A stretch of DNA of 32,000 bases from Amoeboradix gromovi X-113 (taxonomy: Eukaryota; Fungi; Sanchytriomycota): assembly GCA_018985225.1 (NCBI GenBank), contig JADGIF010000001.1, forward strand, positions 30,001-62,000. Direction: 5' to 3'. Of this stretch, positions 19,491-30,183 are shown piece by piece. The notes under the pieces were generated by a model, which did no database searches, was not told where the DNA came from, and saw nothing but the letters and a program-made list of their open reading frames with translations. The translations under genes were made by a program, and so were the position numbers. Position 1 is the first letter of the stretch, and each line of letters begins with the position of its first letter.

Positions 19491-19781
19491 ATGCTAGCCA
19501 AACGAAAGATCTTAAATCTTTACAAAAATCTGCTTTTGACAGAGAAAGAAACGTTTAAAGCCAATCCAGAAGTATACAACGCAGCCTATTTGAAAACTCG
19601 CAAGATATTTAAGGAAAACAAAAATATGACTGACGAAAGTGATGTGCAGAATGAAATTATGAACGCAAATGGAATTCTCTATATTTTGAAAAACAATGTA
19701 GCCGAAGGGAAAGAAGTTAAACCAAACCAGTATTTATTAAATATCAAACCGGCAATGCTAGAAAGGCAAAAAATAAATTAA
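19491..19781 (+). CDS. MZM1: LYR-motif complex III assembly factor (LYRM7/Mzm1)
   Basis: LNLYKNLL...TF...AA...R..FKENK, LKNNVAEG. Confidence 0.75.
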   Translation: MLAKRKILNLYKNLLLTEKETFKANPEVYNAAYLKTRKIFKENKNMTDESDVQNEIMNANGILYILKNNVAEGKEVKPNQYLLNIKPAMLERQKIN

Positions 19782-19793
19782 AAATCAGAACCC

Positions 19794-20453
19794 TCAGCTC
19801 ATTCTTTTGATAATTATAGATCTTGTTATTTCTTTCAATTCGCTACGCTTTGAAATTAAAGCATAAACTGAAGCCAACGTGCAAATAGATCTATACCTTT
19901 TTCTAATTGAAAGGTATGCCAAAACAAAATACAATGTGTACCTCATAACATTTGATGAGCTGTTTTGTGCTTCTAATTGTTCGATTCTAGAAATATCACT
20001 CTGCACAGTTTCTTTCAAGTTTTCAATGTTTCCGTGCAAGTCATTAAGATGAGATTCATGTTGTCGAACTTGCTCCAACAAAACATGATGATCTCTTCTC
20101 AAATTTATCACTGTAGATTGCACTTTTTTAACGTAGTGTGCACCCATCATGATTAGTCTGCTCAAAAATTGAATTTTATTCTCCAGCTCAAAGTTAGTCA
20201 GTTGATGATGGCGATGAAGGCTTAAGGAGTGCTCATTAATCAGCTGCTGCTTCTCAATAAAATTAGTGTTTGCATCAACAAGCACCAAAGAAGACAATTG
20301 CTGAATTACACTAGCGGGATGTAAGTCCAAATCAGTAGTAGAGCTACTATTTCGTTCAATTTTTGATCCCCAATTTGAATCGGTACTACTGCTCTTTTTT
20401 CTGCCGTTATTAAGATTGGGCTTGGTTATCATTTCATTTTTTTCAGGATCCAT
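19794..20453 (-). CDS. Hypothetical coiled-coil protein with C-terminal membrane segments
   Basis: Long ORF with heptad repeats and hydrophobic end; first ATG at 20453 (alternative 20432). Confidence 0.65.
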   Translation of the reverse strand: MDPEKNEMITKPNLNNGRKKSSSTDSNWGSKIERNSSSTTDLDLHPASVIQQLSSLVLVDANTNFIEKQQLINEHSLSLHRHHQLTNFELENKIQFLSRLIMMGAHYVKKVQSTVINLRRDHHVLLEQVRQHESHLNDLHGNIENLKETVQSDISRIEQLEAQNSSSNVMRYTLYFVLAYLSIRKRYRSICTLASVYALISKRSELKEITRSIIIKRMS

Positions 20454-21513
20454 GATGATGAAACTGGAGATTAATGAGTTAAAATTATTCTCTAGACAAC
20501 TAGCGATTTTGGGACTGGAGAAGCACAATAAGTTGAAAAGTTCAAAAGTTCTGGTTATAGGTTGCGGTGGTTTAGGCAATACTTGTGTTCCCTATTTATA
20601 CTATTCTGGTATTTCAATTGGTGTCTCCGACGATGACCTAGTTGAAGAATCAAACATCCACCGTCAGTACATACACAGTGAAAATATAGGGCTCTCTAAA
20701 AGTGCTTCAATGAAGCAGAAAATGCCTAATATTAACATTGAACCTCATTTTACGAAGGAGTCACAATCTATGGTAGAAAAGTATGATATTATAGTTGACT
20801 GCGTTGACAACCCATACTCTAAATATCTCATAAATACATCTTGTGTTTTATATAACAAGATTTGGGTAAGTTCGTCTGCGGTTGCATTGCAAGGTCATAT
20901 CGCTACATACACACCTGAATCGGCATGTTATAGATGCATCAATGCCAGTTTACCACCAATAGCTAGTAGCTGTGATGACATGGGAGTTATTGGTCCGGTT
21001 CCTGGTGTCTTCGGATGTCTTCAGGCTATTGAAGTGATAAACCTACTAGTGGGACACAGCACATTGCAGGGGCAGATGATAACTATACGATTTGATCGAT
21101 GGGAGATTAGAAAGATTAAGATGCGCAACAAACAACCCGATTGCGGTGCATGTGGCTCAAAGAAAGTCGAGTTGGTCTTTCCAAATTGCAGGAAAAGCAC
21201 TCAAGGACTGTCATTAAAGGAGTATTTATGCTTAAAAGACACAAGTCTTGTGGTTGATGTGCGTCCAGCTGAAAAGTATTCTATTTATTCTGTTTCCAAT
21301 TCAATAAACATTCCTATCAAGCATATTTTGTTCCATCCACAGAAATCCTATGATTTAATTCTAGAGAGTATTGGAGACAGAAAGCAAATAATTTTTATAT
21401 GCAGGCGCGGAAATGATTCATTTACTGCTTTTACTTCATTTAACTTCAGCATTCCAAGTTACAACTTTGCTGGTGGATACATTCAACTGTGCGAAGAAGC
21501 GCAATATATTTAA
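20452..21513 (+). CDS. UBA4: Adenylyltransferase/sulfurtransferase Uba4/MOCS3
   Basis: FSRQL, VLVIGCGGLG, SNIHRQ, CYRC, CGAC, rhodanese CRRGNDS. Confidence 0.93.
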   Translation: MMMKLEINELKLFSRQLAILGLEKHNKLKSSKVLVIGCGGLGNTCVPYLYYSGISIGVSDDDLVEESNIHRQYIHSENIGLSKSASMKQKMPNINIEPHFTKESQSMVEKYDIIVDCVDNPYSKYLINTSCVLYNKIWVSSSAVALQGHIATYTPESACYRCINASLPPIASSCDDMGVIGPVPGVFGCLQAIEVINLLVGHSTLQGQMITIRFDRWEIRKIKMRNKQPDCGACGSKKVELVFPNCRKSTQGLSLKEYLCLKDTSLVVDVRPAEKYSIYSVSNSINIPIKHILFHPQKSYDLILESIGDRKQIIFICRRGNDSFTAFTSFNFSIPSYNFAGGYIQLCEEAQYI

Positions 21514-22061
21514 GCTCTCTTTCAAGTTTAGATCTCCCAAAATCAACAATTTGCATAGAGAAACTGACAGACTTGGATGCTAACGATAAGAAAGTATGAC
21601 GATTTGTTAAACAATTAGACGGCTACGGAAAATGGCTTATTGGGAAAATAAAGTTCTTGTAATCACTGCAGATGATCCATTTAACTAAATCGATTATTAT
21701 AGCATCCTACTGGTGCAGCAAACAACATGAAATAAACTCATTATTAGTATCTCAAGTAACAATGTATACTAATGCATTGTATCTTCCCTTCCTGGAGCAG
21801 GTTTTGAACAGTTGGGAAGATGTTCTGTATCTACTAGCACTTTTTTCAGATTCAGCATACTCTGTTTGTGGTAATTTTGAGCCATTTGCAATTGATGAAA
21901 GAAAAATTATCGAGTCTCGTAAATTTAGCAAATTCTGGGAAAACGCATATTAGAGCGATAACTCATGTAATCAAGATAAATGGCTTATGCGATTCAAATA
22001 GAAAGCTGCACCTGGGAAACAATTAAGAACTATGAGTTATTCATTACTTGTCAATTTATTC

Positions 22062-23104
22062 TTAAATACATGATTTGCATGGAGAATCCTTTGGTGTCAA
22101 CATACATTCACTCTTGTGTTCTAGCTTTTCCATATCTTTTCGTGAAATAGGAATCTTTTGTACATGTACCCTAAATTAATGCTTTTTACCACTCAGGATC
22201 TTTCGGATCGAACACATAGTTTTCAGGAATATGTTGGGACATCAGGATGTCATCAAGAATTTCAATAATGTCCTCTAATATCTGAGGAGGATATCCAGTA
22301 ATCTTCTTCACGTAATCGTCTACATAAGCTACAATTACCATCATTAAACATGTACATAAAGATCCCAGCTGCGGTTTTTGAAAAGGGAATTCTTCTGGTA
22401 TTTGGGTGCAACGACAAAATATCAAGCAAAAAGAATGCCCGTGATAAGGTATCCATATCTGGTAAATAATGAACATGATATGGGTCCATACCTTTTCTAA
22501 TTTCAAAAAATTTGCTTATATTTGTGGGGTTCTTGTTATCAAATAAGGATGGAGTTCTCAATACCGCCATTCTAAGATAGAGTGTTAGCCATTCATTTGG
22601 CGTAAAAAGATTCATTCGATATCCCATTGAGCTAAGAATTCGTCGCTCTAGGACATGTATATCGTTTGGGTTTGTATTGAACAGCTTTAAAATATTACTA
22701 AATGATGGCATGTGATCTTCATCAAATTTTATGGCAATCCAAGTGCAAGTAGCCAAAAAAGTGTCATTTATTTCAAAACTCTTATGTGATCTTAAGTAAA
22801 TGAACCAGGCGCGCCAAACGGTGGATCTTTCTAGTTGACAGAGTGCCATTTTCTTGAACCATGGATAAAACAAGCGATCCTCACATTCTTGAAAGAGATG
22901 GATATTGTTAGACTCTGTCAGTATCATTTGATGTTGTATATCAAATAGTAAATAGTAGAAGTTTGCTGCATGTGGGCAGCTACAAGGACAAATTCTGCTC
23001 ACTACTGGTCTTGCAAAGGAACAGTTGCTCAGCGATTTAAAGGGTATATTCTCTTTATCTTCAATTAGTAAAATCGAAGATGGTTGATTGCGAACAACAG
23101 TCAT
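22062..23104 (-). CDS. Divergent cyclin, cyclin E-like; exons 23104-22339, 22319-22190, 22170-22062
   Basis: LERST, IAIKFDE, LERRILSSMGYRMNLFTPNEWLTLYL, LLDILSL...FSKTAAG; spliced VKKITGY. Confidence 0.75.
22171..22189 (-). other. 19-nt spliceosomal intron (cyclin)
   Basis: GTAAAAAGCATTAATTTAG; same consensus, removes an in-frame TAA and opens a 35-codon tail ending TPKDSPCKSCI. Confidence 0.75.
22320..22338 (-). other. 19-nt spliceosomal intron (cyclin)
   Basis: GTAATTGTAGCTTATGTAG; removal joins to the frame encoding the cyclin-typical KKITGY. Confidence 0.8.
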
Positions 23105-23377
23105 CCAAGGTTTTAGTTTGGAGAAGAAAATTTATTTTTATTCACATATTGTTTATTGAAATTTCTCAAAAATTCTTAATGCATTCAACTTGACATGGAA
23201 TTCACCGATTCTCTTTACTAATTCTTTGTTTCTATACGAGCTTGTACTCTTTTCTGTATTTTTGCTTTCTTCAATCTTGCTCTTGTTGGGTAACATCAAG
23301 ACCTAATTATCTGTGACTTGGGGCAATTATAAGGGAAAAACGTGGAGCGTCCTGAAAATCTGAAATTAAAATTTTTA

Positions 23378-25541
23378 TTACAGCAGATTTACAAGCTCTT
23401 TAGTATATTTGGCTATTTCGTAGCTTGAGGAGGCTAGTTTTTGCTTGAGTTGCCTGACTGTTTCGGATGTTGCACCCTCTTTCGTGAAAGCAGATACCAC
23501 ATCGTCCGCCAGTTTACTCAGTTCTACATTACTCTTTTGCAAATCTCCAACAATTCCTTTTGATCCTGTCTTTATCTGCTCATACCCTGGACTTCTAACA
23601 ATAACATCTTCACATACACTGCACAAATTGTTGACCACTACTGATATGTCAGTTACAGTCTTCCTAAAGTCTTTACCAAACGTGCCAGTTCTCATCTGAG
23701 ACAGCAGTTGCTGTATGTTCATAACAATTACATCTGTCTGTTTTTCTAAAAATGCCTAAATTAATCGATGTTACTTTTAAATCACTGGAGGACATACTGG
23801 AAAGTGGTGCGTTTTTTATAGGACTAGTATCTGGTGTGTTATGCATTATATCTTGAAGTTTCTTTAACGGGATATTTTCATCATCTTTCAGCGATTTAAA
23901 TTTCACAATCTTCAGGATGTTTATTATTACAATTGTTAGTTCTAAACATCCTTTATCTATTTCTTCGGAACTACCCTTGACGGAACCTTTGGCTAGCCCA
24001 GTAGCATGATTCTTTGCGGCACTCATCAAAAGTGTTAAACTTGCTGATAACTGTCCTTTAAGTGTTGACAATGCGTCTCTGTGTTCGTTAGATGCTTCAG
24101 CTTCAAATTTTTCAACATCATTTGTTATATTCTTACAGGCTATTACAATTGCCTTCATGCTCACCAATATATCTGAAGGAACGCCTGACTTTTGTGAGTC
24201 CAGCAGCGTATCTACGGAGTTCTGGTAAGCACCTAATCTACTTGGGTCCACTCCACCACTTTTAGAAGGTGTGACATCCTCGATGGTAACGTTTTCCAGT
24301 ATCTGCGACACAACTGTGGTTTTACGCTGTATATCCCATGGAAGTTGGCTCATATCAACGGTTGCACGCGCATTTGGTTTGCCTATCTTTTCGGATTTTA
24401 ATACCACAGGCTTCTCTGGTTTAATGGGCGACTTGAGTTTATTTTCTTGTTTTTCAGGAAATTTCTCATTCTCAGTGTTAATTGAAATAGGAACACTGCC
24501 TTTTTCATTAGAATCTACCACCTTGTTCCTTAGATCATTGAGTTCTAGGCGTAACTTATCATTATCTACTTTAAGTTTGCTGTTTTGAGAAGTTACTTGT
24601 TCAAGCGCTTTTTGATTCTCGCTGCTAATAAACTCCATGTTCTTAATTACCTTGTTTCTTTCGGTTAATTCAAATTCTCTAGAAGTCAGTTTTTGCTCAA
24701 TCGTAAATTTGAGGGATTTTTCTTTTTCTAAGAGCTCCTTGGATCTTTCTAGTTCTTTCTCTACTACACCTTTCCTAGTGCTAAAGGATTCTAGGTCCGA
24801 CTTAACTCGCTGCAACTCAATTGAAGCGGTATTCAGTTCCTTCTGACACAACTGAAGCTTAGACCTCTCTTTTTCGAAGTCACCCTCTAATAATTTATAC
24901 TTCTTTTCAAGCATTTCTTTTTCTTTTCTAATTTTAGCAAGATCTTCGGACTTAGGAAGACTCTCCAATGAGTTGCTTGCCTCTGTATTTTTGTTATAAG
25001 ATTTGTTTGGAGAATCGTTGTTTTGAGTTACCAAATCACCCAAATCCTTCATTAGCGAATCAAGACTGGCAAAATTCAGGTCATTGGATCCAGCCTGGTT
25101 TTTTAAATTGTTTCCTCCAGTATTTAGATTGGTACGCTGAGGACCTGCAATCGGGTTTGAGTTTTGTGATTCAACATTAGCGTTATTTTGTTTCGTTGCA
25201 ACTTCAGATATAGCAGATTCATTTTGTACAAGCTGGGGAAAGCGGCGTTCCAGTTCTATAATAACATCGATTACCAAATCTTTGAATCTTTTCTCTGGTA
25301 GAGTAGCTAATTTTTGGCGAGCTTGATTTCTTTTAGGATGATAATCACTCCTAACTTGCAAGAATGGAATATTCTCGGAAGAAATTCGACGTTTTAATTC
25401 ATCATGGATATCAGTTGCTAATTCTCCAAACTGGTTTTCAGACAGAAGAGTCAATTTTTGCCTGGCATTGGTACGGGTGGATGGGTCAATTTTTTCGCCC
25501 AAATATGAGCTAAACACTCTATGATATTCCACTGGGTCCAT
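23378..25541 (-). CDS. SPA2: Spa2/GIT-like polarity scaffold; exons 25541-23775, 23755-23378
   Basis: Two SHD repeats (ARQKLTLLSENQFGELATDIHDELKRR; RNQARQKLATL), coiled coil, spliced LKAFLEKQTDVIVMNIQQLL, terminal SYEIAKYTKELV. Confidence 0.88.
23756..23774 (-). other. 19-nt spliceosomal intron (Spa2)
   Basis: GTAACATCGATTAATTTAG; removal fuses two ORFs in frame. Confidence 0.88.
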
Positions 25542-26345
25542 AAAATAGTGGAAACTATGTTTTAAAGTCTCAAAATTTATGAAAATCATGAGGCATGCAA
25601 CAACAAAGTGACCTCATCATCGTTTAAACAAACCTTTTTCGCATCCCTATTATTAAAAAATTTACAAAAATAATTCGACTTTATTATTTCCATGATAAAC
25701 CTCAGAAAATAAAATAATTCTGGTAAGATCTAAATACCAGGAAACAAAAGTTAAAAGATATCAAGAGTGGTGTAAAAGCTTCCAAACCGAAATTGAAGAT
25801 GCCAACAATCAGGCTCTTCCTTTAAATTAATAAATCATATATCACAAGTAATTGAATTATATCTCTCCACTCACTATACCTAGTGGAGTTTTGTAATTTA
25901 ACAAAGGTGTGTAAATATGTTTTTGGTCTATGACAAATGGCTTGAAATCATCGGAACCTGAATATTCTATATATAAAGACATCAGCGATAAAAAGTACTA
26001 ATTTGCACTCAGAAACTGCTCTAAAATTAGTTCAAGAGTAAAGAAGGACGAAAGACATTGATAGAATGTAATAGATCATTTCGTAATCAGATGTCTACAA
26101 GCTGTGGAACTTGAGGAAAAGCAATCTGAAGAATTGCGCGTGCAAAAACTGTTATTTACAAGTAGATACAGAGACCGTAACGGTAGCGAGTAAGATACGC
26201 ATTGAATCCACGCATCAATATTTGTTCTTATCTGACGTTTTCCGGTGAAACCAGTTATAGATGTAGCGGGTCGATGACACTGCCACATTTCTGTGGAAAT
26301 TCTTGGTATTATCATCAGTCAAGTTTTACATAGGAGCTGCTCTAC

Positions 26346-26714
26346 ATGACACGAGGAGGGGGACCGTTAGTTTGGCAGACTTTGGATGATTTGAGGTACA
26401 TTTCGGCTGAGGTACCCAATAAGCAAGAAAACTGTACTCTTGTGTTCTCTCAAGAAAGCAAAATATATCCATTTCGTTTTACTTATGATGTGGAACCATT
26501 AAAGAGTGGGGAGTTTTTGATTATTCTGAAAAAAGAGATTCCTAGACATTGGATGTCATACTTGGAAGTGAAAAATGAGAATTACACTAATATACAGTTG
26601 ATTCCTTCTTTAACAGATCACTGGGGAAACAAGTCTATCTCCGCAGATGTTGATATACGGCGGACAAGCGACGAGCTGGTTTTTGCCTTTAAGGATCACG
26701 CTTTTAAAACCTAG
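26346..26714 (+). CDS. Hypothetical protein, possibly a divergent CS/p23-like domain
   Basis: PLVWQT...YI..V and ILKKEIPRHW weakly resemble CS-domain motifs. Confidence 0.45.
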   Translation: MTRGGGPLVWQTLDDLRYISAEVPNKQENCTLVFSQESKIYPFRFTYDVEPLKSGEFLIILKKEIPRHWMSYLEVKNENYTNIQLIPSLTDHWGNKSISADVDIRRTSDELVFAFKDHAFKT

Positions 26715-26772
26715 ATTAATAAACCCACTTCCGCTTTATTTTATTTTTTTACTAACATTTGAGTTCCCCACC

Positions 26773-27834
26773 ATGCAAGAAGAAACTCAAGTTTCCAGTT
26801 CTGGCGCTGATGTTTTCAAAATTTGGAAAAGGAACACTCCATTTTTGTATGACAAATTGGTATCTCACGTACTGAAATGGCCCTCTTTAACATGCAAGAA
26901 TTTGGCAACAGTTGACAAAGAGTACATTGTGCTAGGAACACATACTTCTCAGCAAGAATCTGAATACATCCACGTATATGAGGAAGGTAACGCTTTAAAA
27001 CAGTATCAATCCATTGTACACAACAGAGAAATCAACTCTTTAGACATAATGCCTCAGAATAATCAAATTATTGCCACTAAAACATCCGATTTATGCATTT
27101 TTGATCGCACTAAACATGTTACTCATAAAATAGATCAGCAGTCCAAACCTGAGCTCATTAGCTTCTCAAAATCTGAGGGCTACGCTGTTCAGTTTTCTGC
27201 TTCTACAGCAGGACAACTATTAGTTGGGGATGATGAAAGTTTAAAAGTATTCCACGTTACTGACATTTCTGAACAAGAGCAGCTCTCTCAAAAAATCAAT
27301 CCAAGATGTTGCTATACGCAAGAGGTTGAGGATGCTGTTTGGATGAAATGCCATGATTCTCTAATAGTAACTGCGGGCCCTAAGTCATCCATTTTTGATA
27401 TCAGAACTAATAAGATTGCATCTAAATTACCAGGCAGTAATGCTAAATCTTGCGATTCTCATAGTTCGCTGCCATGTACAGTATTACTATCTAATAATAC
27501 CGGGATTGATTTATATGATTTGCGCAATTTAAATACTTGCTTGCACTCTTTTAAATTTCATGAAAACGAAGTTTTAAAGTGTAGATTCTCACCCACACAT
27601 CCAAACATCTTTGCCAGTATTGCGGGCAATCGGTTAATGGTTTGGGACATTTTGAACTGCAATGGAATGTCTGACGATGAGGCACCTCCAGAGCTGTTGT
27701 TTTTACACGGTGGCCATGTAGCTCGAATTAGTGACTTCGACTTCCACCCAACTACTCCTTTTCAATTTACGAGTGTTGATGATGAAAACATCTGCCAAGT
27801 ATTCAGAATTGCATCTTCAATTGTAGAAAAGTAA
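26773..27834 (+). CDS. WD40 histone-binding protein, RBBP4/Msi1/Hat2 family
   Basis: FKIWKRNTPFLYD, LKWPSLT, LGTHTS, PPELLFLHGGH, SVDDENICQVF. Confidence 0.92.
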   Translation: MQEETQVSSSGADVFKIWKRNTPFLYDKLVSHVLKWPSLTCKNLATVDKEYIVLGTHTSQQESEYIHVYEEGNALKQYQSIVHNREINSLDIMPQNNQIIATKTSDLCIFDRTKHVTHKIDQQSKPELISFSKSEGYAVQFSASTAGQLLVGDDESLKVFHVTDISEQEQLSQKINPRCCYTQEVEDAVWMKCHDSLIVTAGPKSSIFDIRTNKIASKLPGSNAKSCDSHSSLPCTVLLSNNTGIDLYDLRNLNTCLHSFKFHENEVLKCRFSPTHPNIFASIAGNRLMVWDILNCNGMSDDEAPPELLFLHGGHVARISDFDFHPTTPFQFTSVDDENICQVFRIASSIVEK

Positions 27835-27850
27835 ATTAATTTTTTGTCTA

Positions 27851-29411
27851 TCAAGTAGAATTTATTGAATCTTCTGCAATTTGCATCACAATCTTTTGTA
27901 AATCAGCGTCCCTTATGTTGTAGAGCTTGTCTACCAACGATACTCCATCATCTACACTGGTTCCATGGTAATTACTCAGTCCTTGCTGTACAATCAAAAT
28001 TCCGATTTTAGTCAAGAATTCAATCGTTTCGCTCTGGTCTTTGCAATTAACTATCAGAGCATCCCATACTATATACACTTGTCTAAATGGAAGCACATCT
28101 GTATTAGTTATTTAAATTACGACTAAAGGCGGTAAGGAACCATGGAACTGTGATAACATCCGTTTGAAGGTCCAATTCCAACAATCTAGGTATCTTTTCA
28201 GTTATAGTAACTTGGCACTGCTTTAATATATCTGGAAACTGGCTACTGCCTTTTGTAAATAGACCAGAAAGTCGAGTAGAGATAAAAGTAGAGAAGCAAT
28301 GGTATGCAATGGATTCATCGTTCAAGAATATAGAAAGGAAAGTAGCAGCTATGCTATCCATTCCTTGCCAGTATTCCAAGTGTGGGTGCTGACTTGACCA
28401 AGTTTCCAGAATTCTACGCAACATCTGCTTACCTGAGTCACTACTAAGCACAGGATGGTAGGAGTGGCATCTTGGTACATCTAGTGCTATTTGAGCAGAG
28501 GTTTCCTGATCAATTATTTTCAGACTACTTAAATAATGTTGGTGGACGCTATTCGGAGTATCAAATAATGACTGATACACATCGGCACGGACCCAGTTTG
28601 GAATAATGCAGTGCATATTTGATAGATCAGACAGACTGGCTAGTATTTTGCATCCATCGATGAACGATTGAGACGATTTGTATTGATCAAAGTTGGATTC
28701 AATATCAAACTTAAGTACACTCAGAGGAGGCTTACCTGATGGAATTGACCACTGAATATTGTTTGAAATATAGTCGGGCTCTATGGAAAAGAGATTCGGT
28801 TGTTTATTCTTTTTAATATTTCCAAACTGCATTGCCCATTTAAGAAAATGATATTCCGATATATTTGAATAAAACAAATCTTTATTGGAAAGAGGTAGAA
28901 TGTGACAGTCTTCTAGAATTACGTCTGTTTGCTTAAGTGCATCTTTTATGTTTTTGTTATTCAACAGCGTCTTTAGCGCATGGTAGATTGGTGAATCACT
29001 TGGAATATCTTGTAATTGTACATTACACGCAGATAATATATCATTAGCAAAATTGGCAAGGTAGTCTTGCGATTTAACTAACGGAAGGTTGTCAACATTG
29101 TGCTGAACTAAAGAGTAGAACCAATTTTCAAGCAGTAGTTCGTTACCTGATATTCTCAAATTTGCATATAACGGATTAATGTTCTCATTGGTTAGATACA
29201 CAAGTACTTTTACCAGCTGTACTAGCAGGTCTTTAAGGTCATGTGTATCTGAAGCTTTTTTATTCTCATCATTTAAACAGCCGATTATTAAGAGGTTATC
29301 TTTAAAAGAACAACCGTATTGCACTAAGCTACCATGGCTTACTTGAGAAAATAAATTTAAGCACATAATGTAAGCGTTAGCATTTCCATAAACTGGTTGA
29401 AATTCTAACAT
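27851..29411 (-). CDS. TBCK: TBCK-like Rab-GAP (TBC domain), no rhodanese tail; exons 29411-28121, 28098-27851
   Basis: QIALDVPRCHSY..LSS..G, YWQGMDS; spliced PWFLTAFSHVLP...WD. Start uncertain. Confidence 0.82.
28099..28120 (-). other. 22-nt spliceosomal intron (TBCK)
   Basis: GTAATTTAAATAACTAATACAG; removal restores WFLTxFxHVxP. Confidence 0.9.
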
Positions 29412-29548
29412 GTTTGAAAAAAATGTTAGATATTGAGTTTGCAAACATACCATATCACAGCCATGTATGTTGCACATGGTTGAAATTTTAAGCTAAAAAG
29501 AGTGAATCGTAAAAATTAAATTTGAAATCATTTGATTATTGGCCTATA

Positions 29549-30182
29549 ATGTTTGCAAATACATTTCAGTCTGGCTTTTTGTCAATTTTATACTCAATTG
29601 GCTCGAAGCCATTAGGGATTTGGGACGATCACCATGTTAAGAATGGATACATTAAAAGAATTACAGATGATGATATCCAGAGCTCAGTTGTTGAAGTTAT
29701 TGGGGCAAACACTTCTACTACCTATATTACTTGTCCAAAAAACGAAAAAGAAACTCTGGGAATCAAATTGCCTTATTTAGTGCTAATTGTGAAAAATATG
29801 AACAAGTCTTTCTCCTTTGAAGTTGCTGTAGTTTTAGCTAATTTAGATCAAGGATGATCAAAATGTTAGAAGACGATTTTTGGCCTCCAACTACACCTCC
29901 AAGACCAAAGTGAGTCCATTTGTAACTACTATGCCAGTAAGACTAGATCCAGGATGGAACCAAATTCAATTCAACCTTGCAGATTTTTGTAAACGAGCCT
30001 ATGGAACTAATTACATTGAAGCTTCAAGGGTGAGTATCCACGCAAACACTAGAATTCGAAGAGTGTATTTTAGCGAGCGACTGTATAGCGAAGAAGAGTT
30101 ACCAACTGAATACAAATTATTCTTACCTTTAAGTCAAAGGAAAGAAAGCGACAAGAAAAATGTCTTAGAGTTGAAAAAGTAA
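29549..30182 (+). CDS. CFAP20: Cilia- and flagella-associated protein 20 (Bug22); exons 29549-29827, 29847-30182
   Basis: [22 protein letters not shown], spliced [41 protein letters not shown]. Confidence 0.95.
29828..29846 (+). other. 19-nt spliceosomal intron (CFAP20)
   Basis: GTAGTTTTAGCTAATTTAG; removal gives gap-free continuity of a highly conserved protein. Confidence 0.95.
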
Positions 30183-30183
30183 A

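Noticed and set aside
21672-21953. 93-aa ORF as a gene
   Set aside because: No recognisable motif, and surrounded by broken frames; not supportable.
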